A stretch of DNA of 27,948 nucleotides from a virus. Its lineage: Duplodnaviria; Caudoviricetes. Location of the stretch: positions 1 to 27,948 of IMG/VR virus record IMGVR_UViG_3300010366_000052, one strand, 5' to 3'. Shown piece after piece: positions 8,701-16,845 of the stretch. How positions within the stretch are numbered: position 1 is the stretch's first letter; every line of letters begins with the position of its first letter. The position numbers were made by a program, and so were the translations under genes. The notes under the pieces were generated by a model. The model was not told the DNA's origin and made no database searches. It saw nothing but the letters and a program-made list of their open reading frames with translations.

Positions 8701-10701
8701 AGGAACATTGAAATCGGCTTGAGCTGTCGGATATAGGACCTCTTTTCCGAGCTTCCATTCGTTAACGCTCTCGTCGGTATAGCGCCAAAACAATTGAACC
8801 GACCGGATCGGATATTCATGCATGAGCCCGCCGGCCGCGTCGCCTGATAGATCGACCGTCGGATAAGTGAAAATCGCCCTGATATGAGCCTCGACCCCCT
8901 CGACATCGCTTGTAACCTTATCGACGAGCGCGACCGAAACCGGCGACACGTCAGGCGGCCGGCCAGTCGTCGAGACATCGCTTCCGCTTCGAATCAGATC
9001 GATTCCGATTCCAGTCGTCGAATAAGCATAGACTGACGGAAAATAGACCTGGCATTTCAAATGAACGAGCTGCTCGTCGCCGATCGTGAACGGTTGAGCA
9101 ATAACTCGAAATGTCGTCGAGCTCGAGCCCGGTATTTGCTCGGCGTGAACGGTTATCAGATCGCCTGGCGCGATGTCGATTCCTTCCGGCAATGGAACAT
9201 CGAAATCGATCAGCAAATTACAATTCTGTTCTTCGCGTAAAATGATCGCGCCGGCGATTCCGATTTGAGTCGTATCAAACAACACATCGAAAGTAATATT
9301 GTTCGCCTCGACCTGGCGAATCGTTCCGCCGGCCCGCCCTTGCGCGTTTGGATCGTAAGCGACGAGCTCTCGCAAATGCCGGTTCGTTAACCTGAAAGAA
9401 ATATTCGCCTGGTTAAGAGCTTGATCGCGCGCCTCAAAGCTCGGCGTGACTAGATCCATGTGGATCCGCCGGCCGGAAAATCCCGAATTGTGAGTCGCGA
9501 ACGTCGCGACCGCCGTCTCAGTGTCGCTCTTTATGCCGATCTGGACCTTCCGGCCATTGAATGTTATAAATCCGCCAAGTTGAGCGAGCACATTTTGCAA
9601 CCAATCCCCTATTGCAATTTGATCATGTTGCTCGACTCGACATTGCCATCGCGTCCCTGCCAAATTCGCGGCCGCCGTCAAATCGTCGAAATCGCTGATC
9701 GACATTCCGAGCCCGAACTTCGGATCGATCAAAACGTTTTGGATTATCAATACTCCATTTTGCGACGGAAGCGCCGTCGAGATTAACGGCGCCCCATTGG
9801 AAATATTGAGTTTGATATCATCCTCTTTGATTCCATCGATCTTGTCTTTCGTCGCGTCAGTGATCGGAAAGACGGCCGCGAAATAAGCGACCGAATCGTG
9901 AGAGAGCCCGTCAGGAAATGCCGTCAGATCGACCGGCGCCGGATCCGGAGTGAGGCCCCTATGTGTCCAATCAAGCGACGAGGCCGGCGTGAGCTCGAAT
10001 AACAGAGCTCGAGCGGCCGTGACATCGCCCGTCGCGAATGGAGTCGGCCCGCACCCGCTGACGATTCCATTGACATACACATAAGCGCCCTGTGTCCGGA
10101 AAGCGTAAATCGTCGGCCGGATCTTGAACAATCCGGCGCCATATACGAGCGGGATTATCGTATCGCCGACGACGCTCTCTTTATTCGAGCTCGTCGCGAG
10201 CTCGGCGAAACCGCGCTGTTGTAGTGTCGCTGTAGGAATTTTGATCGCCGGCGAATCCCATAGAAAGCTCGCCGCGATCGCGACCGTCTGATCATCGGCG
10301 TTATATGTTCGCTCTTTGATGTAGCCTTGCCATATCGAATCGACCCCGACGCCGGCGTCGACATCGAAACAATGAACAAACACGCGACCGCCGTCGAGAT
10401 CGATCGTTCCCTCGAGGCCGGTTATCGGGAAAGTCGCCGAACCGTCGTCGGCCAAATTATCGAGAGTAATCGAAACCGATCCAAAATCTCGCCGCTTCCG
10501 ATCGATAAATTGACCCGTCAGACCGTCGACGCTTTTAACCCTGTTATGCTCGTAAGCGTTCCCGTTGAATGTGACGGCCGGCCCGCTCGAGTAGTAATGA
10601 TTTGACCCGCCGGCGAGCTGCAATTCGACGAGCACAACAAAGAATAGAGCGCCGTCGACGCCTTGCTTTGCCAAAATTGCCGCTGGAACGCTTCGAGGCA
10701 T
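5716..10701 (-). CDS. Tail tip / central fibre protein (1661 aa; gpL-like N-terminus fused to gpJ-like hub, Ig/Fn3-like domains, C-terminal carbohydrate-binding-like module)
   Basis: N-terminal 'LVELQL....YYS....TFNGNAYE', 'IIPLVYG', hub motif 'IAPGDLITV', beta-rich middle, 'NLLLNSDFD' near the C-terminus. Follows the tape measure and Dit genes. Confidence 0.85.
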   Translation of the reverse strand: MPRSVPAAILAKQGVDGALFFVVLVELQLAGGSNHYYSSGPAVTFNGNAYEHNRVKSVDGLTGQFIDRKRRDFGSVSITLDNLADDGSATFPITGLEGTIDLDGGRVFVHCFDVDAGVGVDSIWQGYIKERTYNADDQTVAIAASFLWDSPAIKIPTATLQQRGFAELATSSNKESVVGDTIIPLVYGAGLFKIRPTIYAFRTQGAYVYVNGIVSGCGPTPFATGDVTAARALLFELTPASSLDWTHRGLTPDPAPVDLTAFPDGLSHDSVAYFAAVFPITDATKDKIDGIKEDDIKLNISNGAPLISTALPSQNGVLIIQNVLIDPKFGLGMSISDFDDLTAAANLAGTRWQCRVEQHDQIAIGDWLQNVLAQLGGFITFNGRKVQIGIKSDTETAVATFATHNSGFSGRRIHMDLVTPSFEARDQALNQANISFRLTNRHLRELVAYDPNAQGRAGGTIRQVEANNITFDVLFDTTQIGIAGAIILREEQNCNLLIDFDVPLPEGIDIAPGDLITVHAEQIPGSSSTTFRVIAQPFTIGDEQLVHLKCQVYFPSVYAYSTTGIGIDLIRSGSDVSTTGRPPDVSPVSVALVDKVTSDVEGVEAHIRAIFTYPTVDLSGDAAGGLMHEYPIRSVQLFWRYTDESVNEWKLGKEVLYPTAQADFNVPYIKSKSVEISFVALGLNRSHGPLGYVPDPTKITALTADLTATAGTAAVVDSTVFTVGDYVQCEFELDKLTAKAAGSLSFQTSGGNRQPQFDTAAIAHPNKTQIAVAKKNYPTLTLSLTPPRFSYPAVAGFAIRQRKGAVKVKIQDISAENVEDYFTYWTTDAAAASDPTKLGSATPAWYTTNPLNPPAGINWISGKAINFQIDQEDIGGAGVTLYARCAGRNGKNNWSVQLSAQASNAAGDNALAIAPTPKLVVKSKGVRVKIPVPSVNVNTLSKILVVIEARVTTTVLGYLSDSTGLGNWESSATEFRFDQQLQTSHLYLTKADCLALWPTADALRVRCYLVNDVGTSAVSPDATVNVSTWSLEGSATPGALSFPGSLLVNTVDGDPEKGQARLELTFTVASGTFSSNSITRVGFTWQKRDATNASNVGNPSSLEFEVAAAESGGSSLTRAFYLKLGERMRITAVLALNGDKSTPTTGTLDFTAGNVLPVAPADAYTVPAPTFGTIARLDGGNKLDQVPVTLTQDGVNIVWFKNLIIEASINGGGFVFEQSYPLKHSDVLHASVSGTITINFDIKRKAGVTAQYRATAVAVGGKNSAATSSAVQGATASDRSQLTAAPATQVSNIVLRWNWAGSRIVGTWVPPAGSNDALLGYFAVFTDNGGTNFMSSIDGSTSPTQSVNEVEIGLVSQWKAQVTKVQIDSTFSAGVKLLVTPIWLVNGVRTRGTGLSSSLLTFGAEHISSLGSVNQVTAGVTMTGSLNLLLNSDFDQNDGVVATNLGNWLVWDGIGNPANAAHEFNITTTAANGARWNQSDHAVEISNAGAVVRMISNLKKRFKAGDKYYFSIYARTLSGTLTSGSVVARVLKDSPSLVDNADVDINQSLNTISTLYAVISGNLRIKATPDFNDGSGGYANQWVEVEITVPAGSTLEVDRFFLKRGEVPQAWEPRPSESDTAAPAMIPATAIASPDLVTPVGVAGGYTTGSGSSVILRPSLE

Positions 10702-10704
10702 TTT

Positions 10705-10771
10705 CAGGACCTCAGACCTGGCCGGCGGATCCGGAGCTCGCCAGGCGCCCGCCAGGCGCCGGCGCGGGCCC
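10705..10771. repeat. 67-bp dispersed repeat, copy A
   Basis: CAGGACCTCAGACCTGGCCGGCGGATCCGGAGCTCGCCAGGCGCCCGCCAGGCGCCGGCGCGGGCCC; ends 3 nt before the tail tip ATG. Confidence 0.9.
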
Positions 10772-10957
10772 TTTTAATCCGTTTTCTTGAATTTCCGCCG
10801 AGCTCGAGCTCGATCGCTCGGCGAATTCGATCAGTCGCCACATTCGATCGAGCTTGGCGGCCCTGTTTGGGCGCGCGCATCGAGCCGACCGCTTGCAAAA
10901 ATTCGGATCGCACTTTCTATGGTCAAGACAAATATTGAACTGTGATTTGGATGTCAT
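10712..10957 (-). CDS. Possible small 4-Cys protein (81 aa)
   Basis: MTSKSQFNICLDHRKCDPNFCKRSARC...; overlaps the Dit 3' end by 35 nt and runs into repeat A, so it is doubtful. Confidence 0.25.
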   Translation of the reverse strand: MTSKSQFNICLDHRKCDPNFCKRSARCARPNRAAKLDRMWRLIEFAERSSSSSAEIQENGLKGPAPAPGGRLASSGSAGQV

Positions 10958-11306
10958 AGAAACATCGCCCCACACTCGACCATGTCATTTTGGGCGCCGC
11001 GCCGCTGTCCGCGTAAAATATCGCCGTTCGCCGGCCCGTCGTACTGACCCCCGTCGGATCGACGACGAGAGCGCCGGATCCTGGCGAATAGACATAAAAA
11101 TTATTGAATCTGTTCGCCTTGAAAAATGTTCGGATCGTGTCGAGCTTCGCTTGAGTGTACGACTTGAAAATCAAAGTCTCGCGATCGTCGTCGGAATTCG
11201 ATCGCTTATAGAACCGGAATCCGAGATCCGGATAGACGCGCAGAAATCCGAATCCGCTCGATTCGCCGCTGTAGCCGTATGATCCGATGTAAGGAAATAC
11301 ATTCAT
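10923..11306 (-). CDS. Distal tail protein (Dit / lambda gpM-like, 127 aa)
   Basis: Size and position between tape measure and tail tip; 'FP...SYG', 'IRTFFKA....FYVYSP', 'YDIQITVQ' pattern. Confidence 0.7.
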   Translation of the reverse strand: MNVFPYIGSYGYSGESSGFGFLRVYPDLGFRFYKRSNSDDDRETLIFKSYTQAKLDTIRTFFKANRFNNFYVYSPGSGALVVDPTGVSTTGRRTAIFYADSGAAPKMTWSSVGRCFYDIQITVQYLS

Positions 11307-11410
11307 CAAAATCCCGATCTGTGAAGCGCCCTGGCCGAAACCGGCGAGAATCTGGAACAGAGTGGGCGACCCTCACGGTAAGCCGGCCAGGACCCTTCAC
11401 ATTTGCGAGC

Positions 11411-11587
11411 TCATTTGAATAGAAGCAAAAAAGCCAGGAGCCCAAACGCGAATAGAATCCGCCCGATCTCTTTGAGCTCGACGCTCTCTCTTTTGACGGC
11501 GAAATACATAATCAAACCCACGATCGCGAGCGCCGCCGATAACACGATCGAGACGCCAGGTAATTGAATTGTTTCAGTTGCCAGCAT
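11411..11587 (-). CDS. Small two-TM membrane protein (58 aa)
   Basis: MLATETIQLPGVSIVLSAALAIVGLIMYFAVKRESVELKEIGRILFAFGLLAFLLLFK; GAGGGG RBS; two hydrophobic helices. Confidence 0.7.
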   Translation of the reverse strand: MLATETIQLPGVSIVLSAALAIVGLIMYFAVKRESVELKEIGRILFAFGLLAFLLLFK

Positions 11588-11605
11588 GACCCCTCTCTTT
11601 CGAGG

Positions 11606-11649
11606 AAAAATCCGGCCGGCCGCCAAACGGGGAAAACGAACCGGCCGGA
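11606..11649 (-). terminator. Possible intrinsic terminator after the tape measure gene
   Basis: 9-bp stem TCCGGCCGG/CCGGCCGGA with a 21-nt loop, followed by T5 on the minus strand. Confidence 0.35.
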
Positions 11650-11717
11650 ATCCGCCTCGAGGCCATTTGTTGTGTACCCGCCTTTTGCCATGACCTCGAG
11701 CTTTTCGCGCCCACCCG

Positions 11718-14537
11718 TTAACTTAATGCCGCCCTCAAACGCGCGCGATGCCTTCCGATCGCGTTGTCGATCGTGAGAACGCCTTTCTTATTCATTAAGC
11801 CAGTGAGGAATTGCGTACTCGCATCATTGCCGAGCGTTATCGCGATCGTGATCGGCCCCGACGAGGCCATCATCGCGTCGCGTTGAGCTAGTGCTTGCCG
11901 GTTACTTCGCTGTAAAGCGAGATCTCTTTGAGCCTCGAGCATTCTCTCGGCCGCCGACTTCGGCGCCGTCGGAACGCTGAGAAATATCGGTTTGGGAGCG
12001 ACCGAGGCCGGCGTCGCCGAGCTCGCCGCCGCAGTATTGCCGGCCGCCGTCGATGCCGTCGCCGCCGTCGTCGGCGTCGCCGACTTTGAAATCATTGAAC
12101 CGGCCGCGCCGAGAGCCGCCCCGAATGCGACGAGCGCCGTTCCGGCCGCGAACTCTTTCAGACCGCCGGCGAAATCCCAGATCGTCGCCATGCGCGCGAT
12201 GCCGCTCAATATGTGAAACGTCCCTTGTGTAACCGCCATTTGTCCAAACGCTTGCATCATTCCGCCGAGTAATAGCTTCCCGAATGCAGATATAAAATTG
12301 GCGCCGGAATTTATCGCGAGATCGAAAGCGCCGACGAGCGCCTGTGACCATTGCTGGCCGAGCACACCTGATAAAACGAAAGCCTTTCCGACATCCTTGA
12401 TTGATCCGATCAGGCCGGCAAACCAATTGCCCGTTCTGAATTGTTGCGTCCTGACCATGAGCTGTTCGAATTGGCCGAGATCGCGATTCGTCGCCTGTAA
12501 AGCCACGTCGAATTGACTTTGAGTTATTCCAAGCGATTGCATTGTTTGATCGAGCTGCTCGAGTCGCTTTTGATCGATTGTTTGTTCCCTTCCCCCTCTC
12601 GCGAACGGCGCGTTCACATTCTCAAACCGGCCGGCCAATCCCTCGAAATACTGTCGTTCTATTTCCTCTCGCGCCTGGCGCTGTTGCGCAAAAAACTTTT
12701 CGCGCTCTTTTTTGATATTTTCATAATATTTTCGTTCTTCTTCTTCGCGAATCAGTCGTTGCTCGAGCCAAGCTTTTGCATTCTCGGCTTTCTCCCACCT
12801 GTTGAATTCCTCGCGTTTCGCTCGCTTCCAATTGTCGATTAATTCCTCGCCTCGTTTGGTTCCCCCGATCGTCGCTTGTAATTCCAATTCTTTGAGCGCG
12901 ATGTCGATCTCCATGAGCTTTCGCTTTCGCTCGGCCTCATCCTTAATAGCCCCGATATCGATTCGCGCAGTCTCGACCGCGACCATTTGCTCGGCTTTAA
13001 CTTTGTCCTGAGATAGTTTTTCGAGTTGAGCTCTTTCGGTCCTGTCGAGATAATCGAGCGCCGCCAGGCGATCGCGTTTATTGACTTCCAAATGATCTCG
13101 CTGCGCCTGAATATCTATCTTGATCATTTCGGCGCGCTTTTCGAATGTATCGGCTTTGAGTTGAAGCTCGGCACTTTCCGCCGCCTTGCGCAAATTGATC
13201 AATTCATTCGCGTATGCTCGAATCGCGCCGGCCGACGAGTGAACCTTCGCCGTCAATTGATCATATCGAGCGACCGCCTGTTGAGTTTGAGAATCCAAAT
13301 CCTTCATCGCGATCGTGTGATCTTTGACCGCTTGACTCAATTTTCCGAGCGAGCTCGCATTCGCTCTCACCTGATCGTCATAACGCTTGATGCCGGCCGC
13401 CGTCGTCTCATCAAAGCCGGCTTTGACCGATTGCTGTAACGCGAGAATCGCGTCGCGTGTTTTGGAATAGTCGACGCTTGGCAATTTCGCATCTTGAACC
13501 GCGAGATTGAATCGCCTTTGTGCATACTCGGCCGACGTGAGCTCTTTCTGTAACGCGTCGAGCTGATCGCCCTCGACTCCTGCCGACCTGGCCGCTCTCA
13601 ACATCTCTTGTGATGATTTGCCCGTTTCGAGCGCAAACGTCCTGATCTGATCGATTATTTTATTGAGCGCAACCTCATCCTTTTGTCGAGTTTGAGTTAG
13701 TTTCTGTTGCTTTTCTTCAACGTCTTTCAGCGTCGTTCCGAAAAGATTCGCGTATATCTGAGCATAGGCCGAACCATGACTATTACTGGCGAGTATCTTG
13801 TTCCATTCTTCGCCGGCGTTTATTACTTTGTAGTAGCCCTCTGTTTCTTCCCTCGTCGATTTGGTCAAAGCCTCTTTCGCCGACTTATAACTCAACATCA
13901 GAGATTGGAGATCGAGCGCCAGTTTTTGCTGACCTTCCATACTTTTCGCGCTCGCGACATCCTGTTTGAGAGCCTCGTCGTTAACCGTAATGAGATCGTG
14001 AGTCGCTCTTATCCGCTGAATGATCCAGCCCACTAACAGAGCGATTCCGGCGATCAAAGCCAGTTGCGGAATTATCGCCAGGCTAAAACTTCCGGCGAGC
14101 ATTGCCATTGCTCGGCCGCCAGGTATAGCGACCTCACCCAATTTGCTGACCGATACCCCGAGTCGAACGACCTTGCCGGCGCCGAGCTCGGCCGCCTCAC
14201 CCCCTTCGATCGTCGCCGCCGTGAGCGCCTTTTGAGCGGCCGCCGCTTCCGCCGCCGCTGTCGCCGCCAATTCTTCGGCCGCCGCCAATCGCCGCTGTAA
14301 ATTCGCGAGCTCTGTCGTCGTCGCCCCCAATTGACTTTGAATTGCCTGCAATTGTTCGGTAGAAACCGCGAGCGCCCTTTCGCTCGCTTCGATCTGATTC
14401 AATGCCCCCGTCGAGACGACCGCGCTCGATTGAGCCGACTTCGCGATACCATCAAACCCTTTGCTTATTTCGGCCGTCTCGGCTTTGCTTTGAGCGCCGT
14501 CGACGAGCAAAGTTATTTTTGTCGTCTTATCTTGCAT
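11718..14537 (-). CDS. Tail tape measure protein (939 aa)
   Basis: Long Ala-rich/coiled-coil protein with hydrophobic Gly-rich segments; TAATG overlap with the chaperone extension stop. Confidence 0.9.
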   Translation of the reverse strand: MQDKTTKITLLVDGAQSKAETAEISKGFDGIAKSAQSSAVVSTGALNQIEASERALAVSTEQLQAIQSQLGATTTELANLQRRLAAAEELAATAAAEAAAAQKALTAATIEGGEAAELGAGKVVRLGVSVSKLGEVAIPGGRAMAMLAGSFSLAIIPQLALIAGIALLVGWIIQRIRATHDLITVNDEALKQDVASAKSMEGQQKLALDLQSLMLSYKSAKEALTKSTREETEGYYKVINAGEEWNKILASNSHGSAYAQIYANLFGTTLKDVEEKQQKLTQTRQKDEVALNKIIDQIRTFALETGKSSQEMLRAARSAGVEGDQLDALQKELTSAEYAQRRFNLAVQDAKLPSVDYSKTRDAILALQQSVKAGFDETTAAGIKRYDDQVRANASSLGKLSQAVKDHTIAMKDLDSQTQQAVARYDQLTAKVHSSAGAIRAYANELINLRKAAESAELQLKADTFEKRAEMIKIDIQAQRDHLEVNKRDRLAALDYLDRTERAQLEKLSQDKVKAEQMVAVETARIDIGAIKDEAERKRKLMEIDIALKELELQATIGGTKRGEELIDNWKRAKREEFNRWEKAENAKAWLEQRLIREEEERKYYENIKKEREKFFAQQRQAREEIERQYFEGLAGRFENVNAPFARGGREQTIDQKRLEQLDQTMQSLGITQSQFDVALQATNRDLGQFEQLMVRTQQFRTGNWFAGLIGSIKDVGKAFVLSGVLGQQWSQALVGAFDLAINSGANFISAFGKLLLGGMMQAFGQMAVTQGTFHILSGIARMATIWDFAGGLKEFAAGTALVAFGAALGAAGSMISKSATPTTAATASTAAGNTAAASSATPASVAPKPIFLSVPTAPKSAAERMLEAQRDLALQRSNRQALAQRDAMMASSGPITIAITLGNDASTQFLTGLMNKKGVLTIDNAIGRHRARLRAALS

Positions 14538-14932
14538 TACTCTTTCGTCGTTTGTTGCGCTGCCTTCATTTGCTGGACTTCATAGCGAGCCTGTTCGGCC
14601 CTGACGACTAACAGATCGTGAAACGATTCGGCGTCGACTTCCGCCGGCGTCCATCCATACCGCTCGAACAACTCGGCCAGTTGAAAGCCGGCCATCGCCC
14701 GATGATAGAAAGATAGATCGCCGCAATTCTCGACGATCTCGTTCAATAAAAAATATTCGTCGGCGCATTGTTGACACTCGAAAAACTCGATCTCGATGAG
14801 CTCGTCGCGCGCGATCATCCCCTGATCATCCCAACATTGCTGACCGGTACAATCGCTCTCATCGTGATCGAGGAACGGATCGCGAGAGTCGCGAAAAGCA
14901 ATTATCAGGAGCGCCGCGCGACTCAGTTTTTT
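14537..14932 (-). CDS. Tail assembly chaperone frameshift extension (lambda gpT-like)
   Basis: The -1 frame is open from the slippery site (KKLSRAALLIIAFRDSRDPFLDHDESDCTGQQCWDDQG) into the track ORF 14537..14818. Confidence 0.8.
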   Translation of the reverse strand, partial: KKLSRAALLIIAFRDSRDPFLDHDESDCTGQQCWDDQGMIARDELIEIEFFECQQCADEYFLLNEIVENCGDLSFYHRAMAGFQLAELFERYGWTPAEVDAESFHDLLVVRAEQARYEVQQMKAAQQTTKE

Positions 14933-15318
14933 GATTGATCCGCGCTCGGAAGCGATCGATTCAAATATTCATTCGTCGCCGTTTTCATGAGAATCATTCC
15001 GTCCGGATCGCTGAGAAAAAACTCTTTCGGTTCGATTCCGCCGCAATCTTCGACCGTCAATCCCTCGATCTCCTGGCATTTCTTTTTGAAAATGTAAGAA
15101 ATCGCCTCGTCGAAACCGCTTCGCTTCGAACCGCGCCGGCCGATTCCGGCCTCGAGATATCTGTCGTATCTGGTTTTTGTCTCGCCATCGAGCGCCCCAT
15201 AGACGACTACGACCCCGCTCGGTTCGTTTTCCGGCGTCAGGAGCTCGACCTTTATGATATTTTTGGGAAGTAGAGCCGCGATCCTGCCAGGCGGCCCGCC
15301 ATTGCCGTTTTGATCCAT
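14923..15318 (-). CDS. Tail assembly chaperone (lambda gpG-like, 131 aa)
   Basis: Start MDQNG at 15318 with GGAGG RBS; between tail tube and tape measure; ends in a slippery site. Confidence 0.8.
   Translation of the reverse strand: MDQNGNGGPPGRIAALLPKNIIKVELLTPENEPSGVVVVYGALDGETKTRYDRYLEAGIGRRGSKRSGFDEAISYIFKKKCQEIEGLTVEDCGGIEPKEFFLSDPDGMILMKTATNEYLNRSLPSADQSKN
14926..14932 (-). promoter_or_regulatory. -1 ribosomal frameshift heptamer A AAA AAC
   Basis: TCA AAA AAC TGA at the chaperone 3' end, in correct X XXY YYZ phase. Confidence 0.85.
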
Positions 15319-15340
15319 TTCTCTAAACCTCCAACCCTGG

Positions 15341-15559
15341 TTAAAGCCAGAGCCACTTGAGAGCGACATAATTCGCGATCGCCGGATTCGCCATCTGTAG
15401 GTAATACATGAGAGCTTCGCCGGCTTTCTTATTAAAAGCGTCAGGATCCTTTACCTCGTCGGCCGTGAACGACCATCGCCGGCAACGCTCTTTGATGAGC
15501 ATGTCCGGATCCGGCGTCAATCCGACCTCGACCGTAATGAATAATTTCGCGGCTTCCAT
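15341..15559 (-). CDS. Hypothetical protein (72 aa)
   Basis: GGGGG RBS directly after the tail tube stop; fills the gap before the chaperone. Confidence 0.6.
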   Translation of the reverse strand: MEAAKLFITVEVGLTPDPDMLIKERCRRWSFTADEVKDPDAFNKKAGEALMYYLQMANPAIANYVALKWLWL

Positions 15560-15567
15560 TCGACCCC

Positions 15568-16584
15568 CTACGGCGACGGCGTGAGCAAATTCGCCAGGCC
15601 GGTTTTACATACGAAAGCGCCAGGCCCCCCGTCAGTCGCATTGTGTTTTTCCATTACTTTGAGATCGAGTTGAACTTCGTTCCCGACCGGCTTCGCCGTC
15701 GCCGTGACGATCGTTTTCGTTTGTGTGAGCGTTATCGATCGATTCGCGGTTAACGTGAGCGCGCTTATACACTTGACCTCTGTCGGCGTCGACGCCTGGT
15801 AATAACCATAAATAGGATGAGCCTTGTTAGCTTTGACAGTGATCTCGATATCGATCTTCGGATTCTTCGGCCCATACTGATATTCTGGAACGAGAACGCC
15901 GGCCGCCATGCTTGGCGGTTCGACGATTCCCGAATTGAGCGTCATTTTCCAGCTTCTCAGGATCGGCGTAATATCTTCGGTTCCGAGCGGCCCGAGCTTT
16001 ACGGTTAAGTGATAGCCGAAAAGTTTGTTGACTATATACGCGGCGCCGGCGACTGGAAAAATAACCGACGGTTGAGCCGTTTCAGAACCATCGTGCATCA
16101 ATCCGAGCGTCAGAGCGCCTGGCCCCTTCCCGTTGAACTCGAGCGTTAGCGTATTGATAACGACGCCCTTATAGAGCCAATTCGTCGCGGTTTGGCCGAC
16201 GCAATCCTCACCCTCGATAAAAGAAAAACTCGGCGGATTAACCGCGCAAACATTCCGCCATTTTATCGTTTGAGTGTAATTCGGAGTCGCGCCGCTCGAC
16301 GAAACATTCCCGAGCATCATTCCGAGAGCCCAGGTAATGAGCTCGACCGACGCCTTCGCCTTTCGAGCCATTGTTCCTCGACGCTCTTGAACCGTGTAAT
16401 CTGTCGCGCCCACAAATCCGTTAATCTCATCCTCATCGGATTCGAATATCGTGTCGAGCGCCGAGAAATCAGCTTCCTTGATCTTGTACCAGTCGGTTAG
16501 ATCGGCCGTCGCCATCGCAACGCCGAAACTACCTTCGGCCTTTATTGTTCCTATAAGCCATTTGTAACTCGCCGGCGTGCCCAT
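15568..16584 (-). CDS. Major tail (tube) protein (338 aa)
   Basis: 'KAEGSFGVA', 'PPSFSF', 'YKGVVINTLTLEF' tube motifs; position before the chaperones. Confidence 0.85.
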   Translation of the reverse strand: MGTPASYKWLIGTIKAEGSFGVAMATADLTDWYKIKEADFSALDTIFESDEDEINGFVGATDYTVQERRGTMARKAKASVELITWALGMMLGNVSSSGATPNYTQTIKWRNVCAVNPPSFSFIEGEDCVGQTATNWLYKGVVINTLTLEFNGKGPGALTLGLMHDGSETAQPSVIFPVAGAAYIVNKLFGYHLTVKLGPLGTEDITPILRSWKMTLNSGIVEPPSMAAGVLVPEYQYGPKNPKIDIEITVKANKAHPIYGYYQASTPTEVKCISALTLTANRSITLTQTKTIVTATAKPVGNEVQLDLKVMEKHNATDGGPGAFVCKTGLANLLTPSP

Positions 16585-16587
16585 AGC

Positions 16588-16833
16588 CTATTCGCCCCCT
16601 TTCTTTGGTTTTAGCTTTACTCGAGAATCCTCAGTAACGCGGAACCCGCCCGAATCGACGGCCGCCGCCGCGATCTCGGCCGAGACTTCGAAAGCCTCTT
16701 TCGCTGGATCTGGATACCATTGCGAATAACTCGACGGCCGATCGGCGTTGATATAGGCGACTTGTGTCACCGGATCGCCGCCAGGAATGCGTTCAATCTT
16801 CACCTTCGCACTTGTCTTATCGACCTCTGTCAT
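16588..16833 (-). CDS. Small hypothetical protein (81 aa) preceding the tail tube
   Basis: AGGGGGG RBS; tight packing with neighbours. Confidence 0.7.
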   Translation of the reverse strand: MTEVDKTSAKVKIERIPGGDPVTQVAYINADRPSSYSQWYPDPAKEAFEVSAEIAAAAVDSGGFRVTEDSRVKLKPKKGGE

Positions 16834-16845
16834 TTGGCCCCCCTT

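Noticed and set aside
1883-10701. Diversity-generating retroelement or invertible fibre cassette
   Set aside because: I saw no reverse transcriptase or invertase, no adenine-specific TR/VR pair and no flanking inverted sites in the window.
14960-14975. TTCAAATATTCATTCG shared with 5707-5722
   Set aside because: It lies inside the chaperone CDS and lacks the full palindrome; plausible as a chance match.
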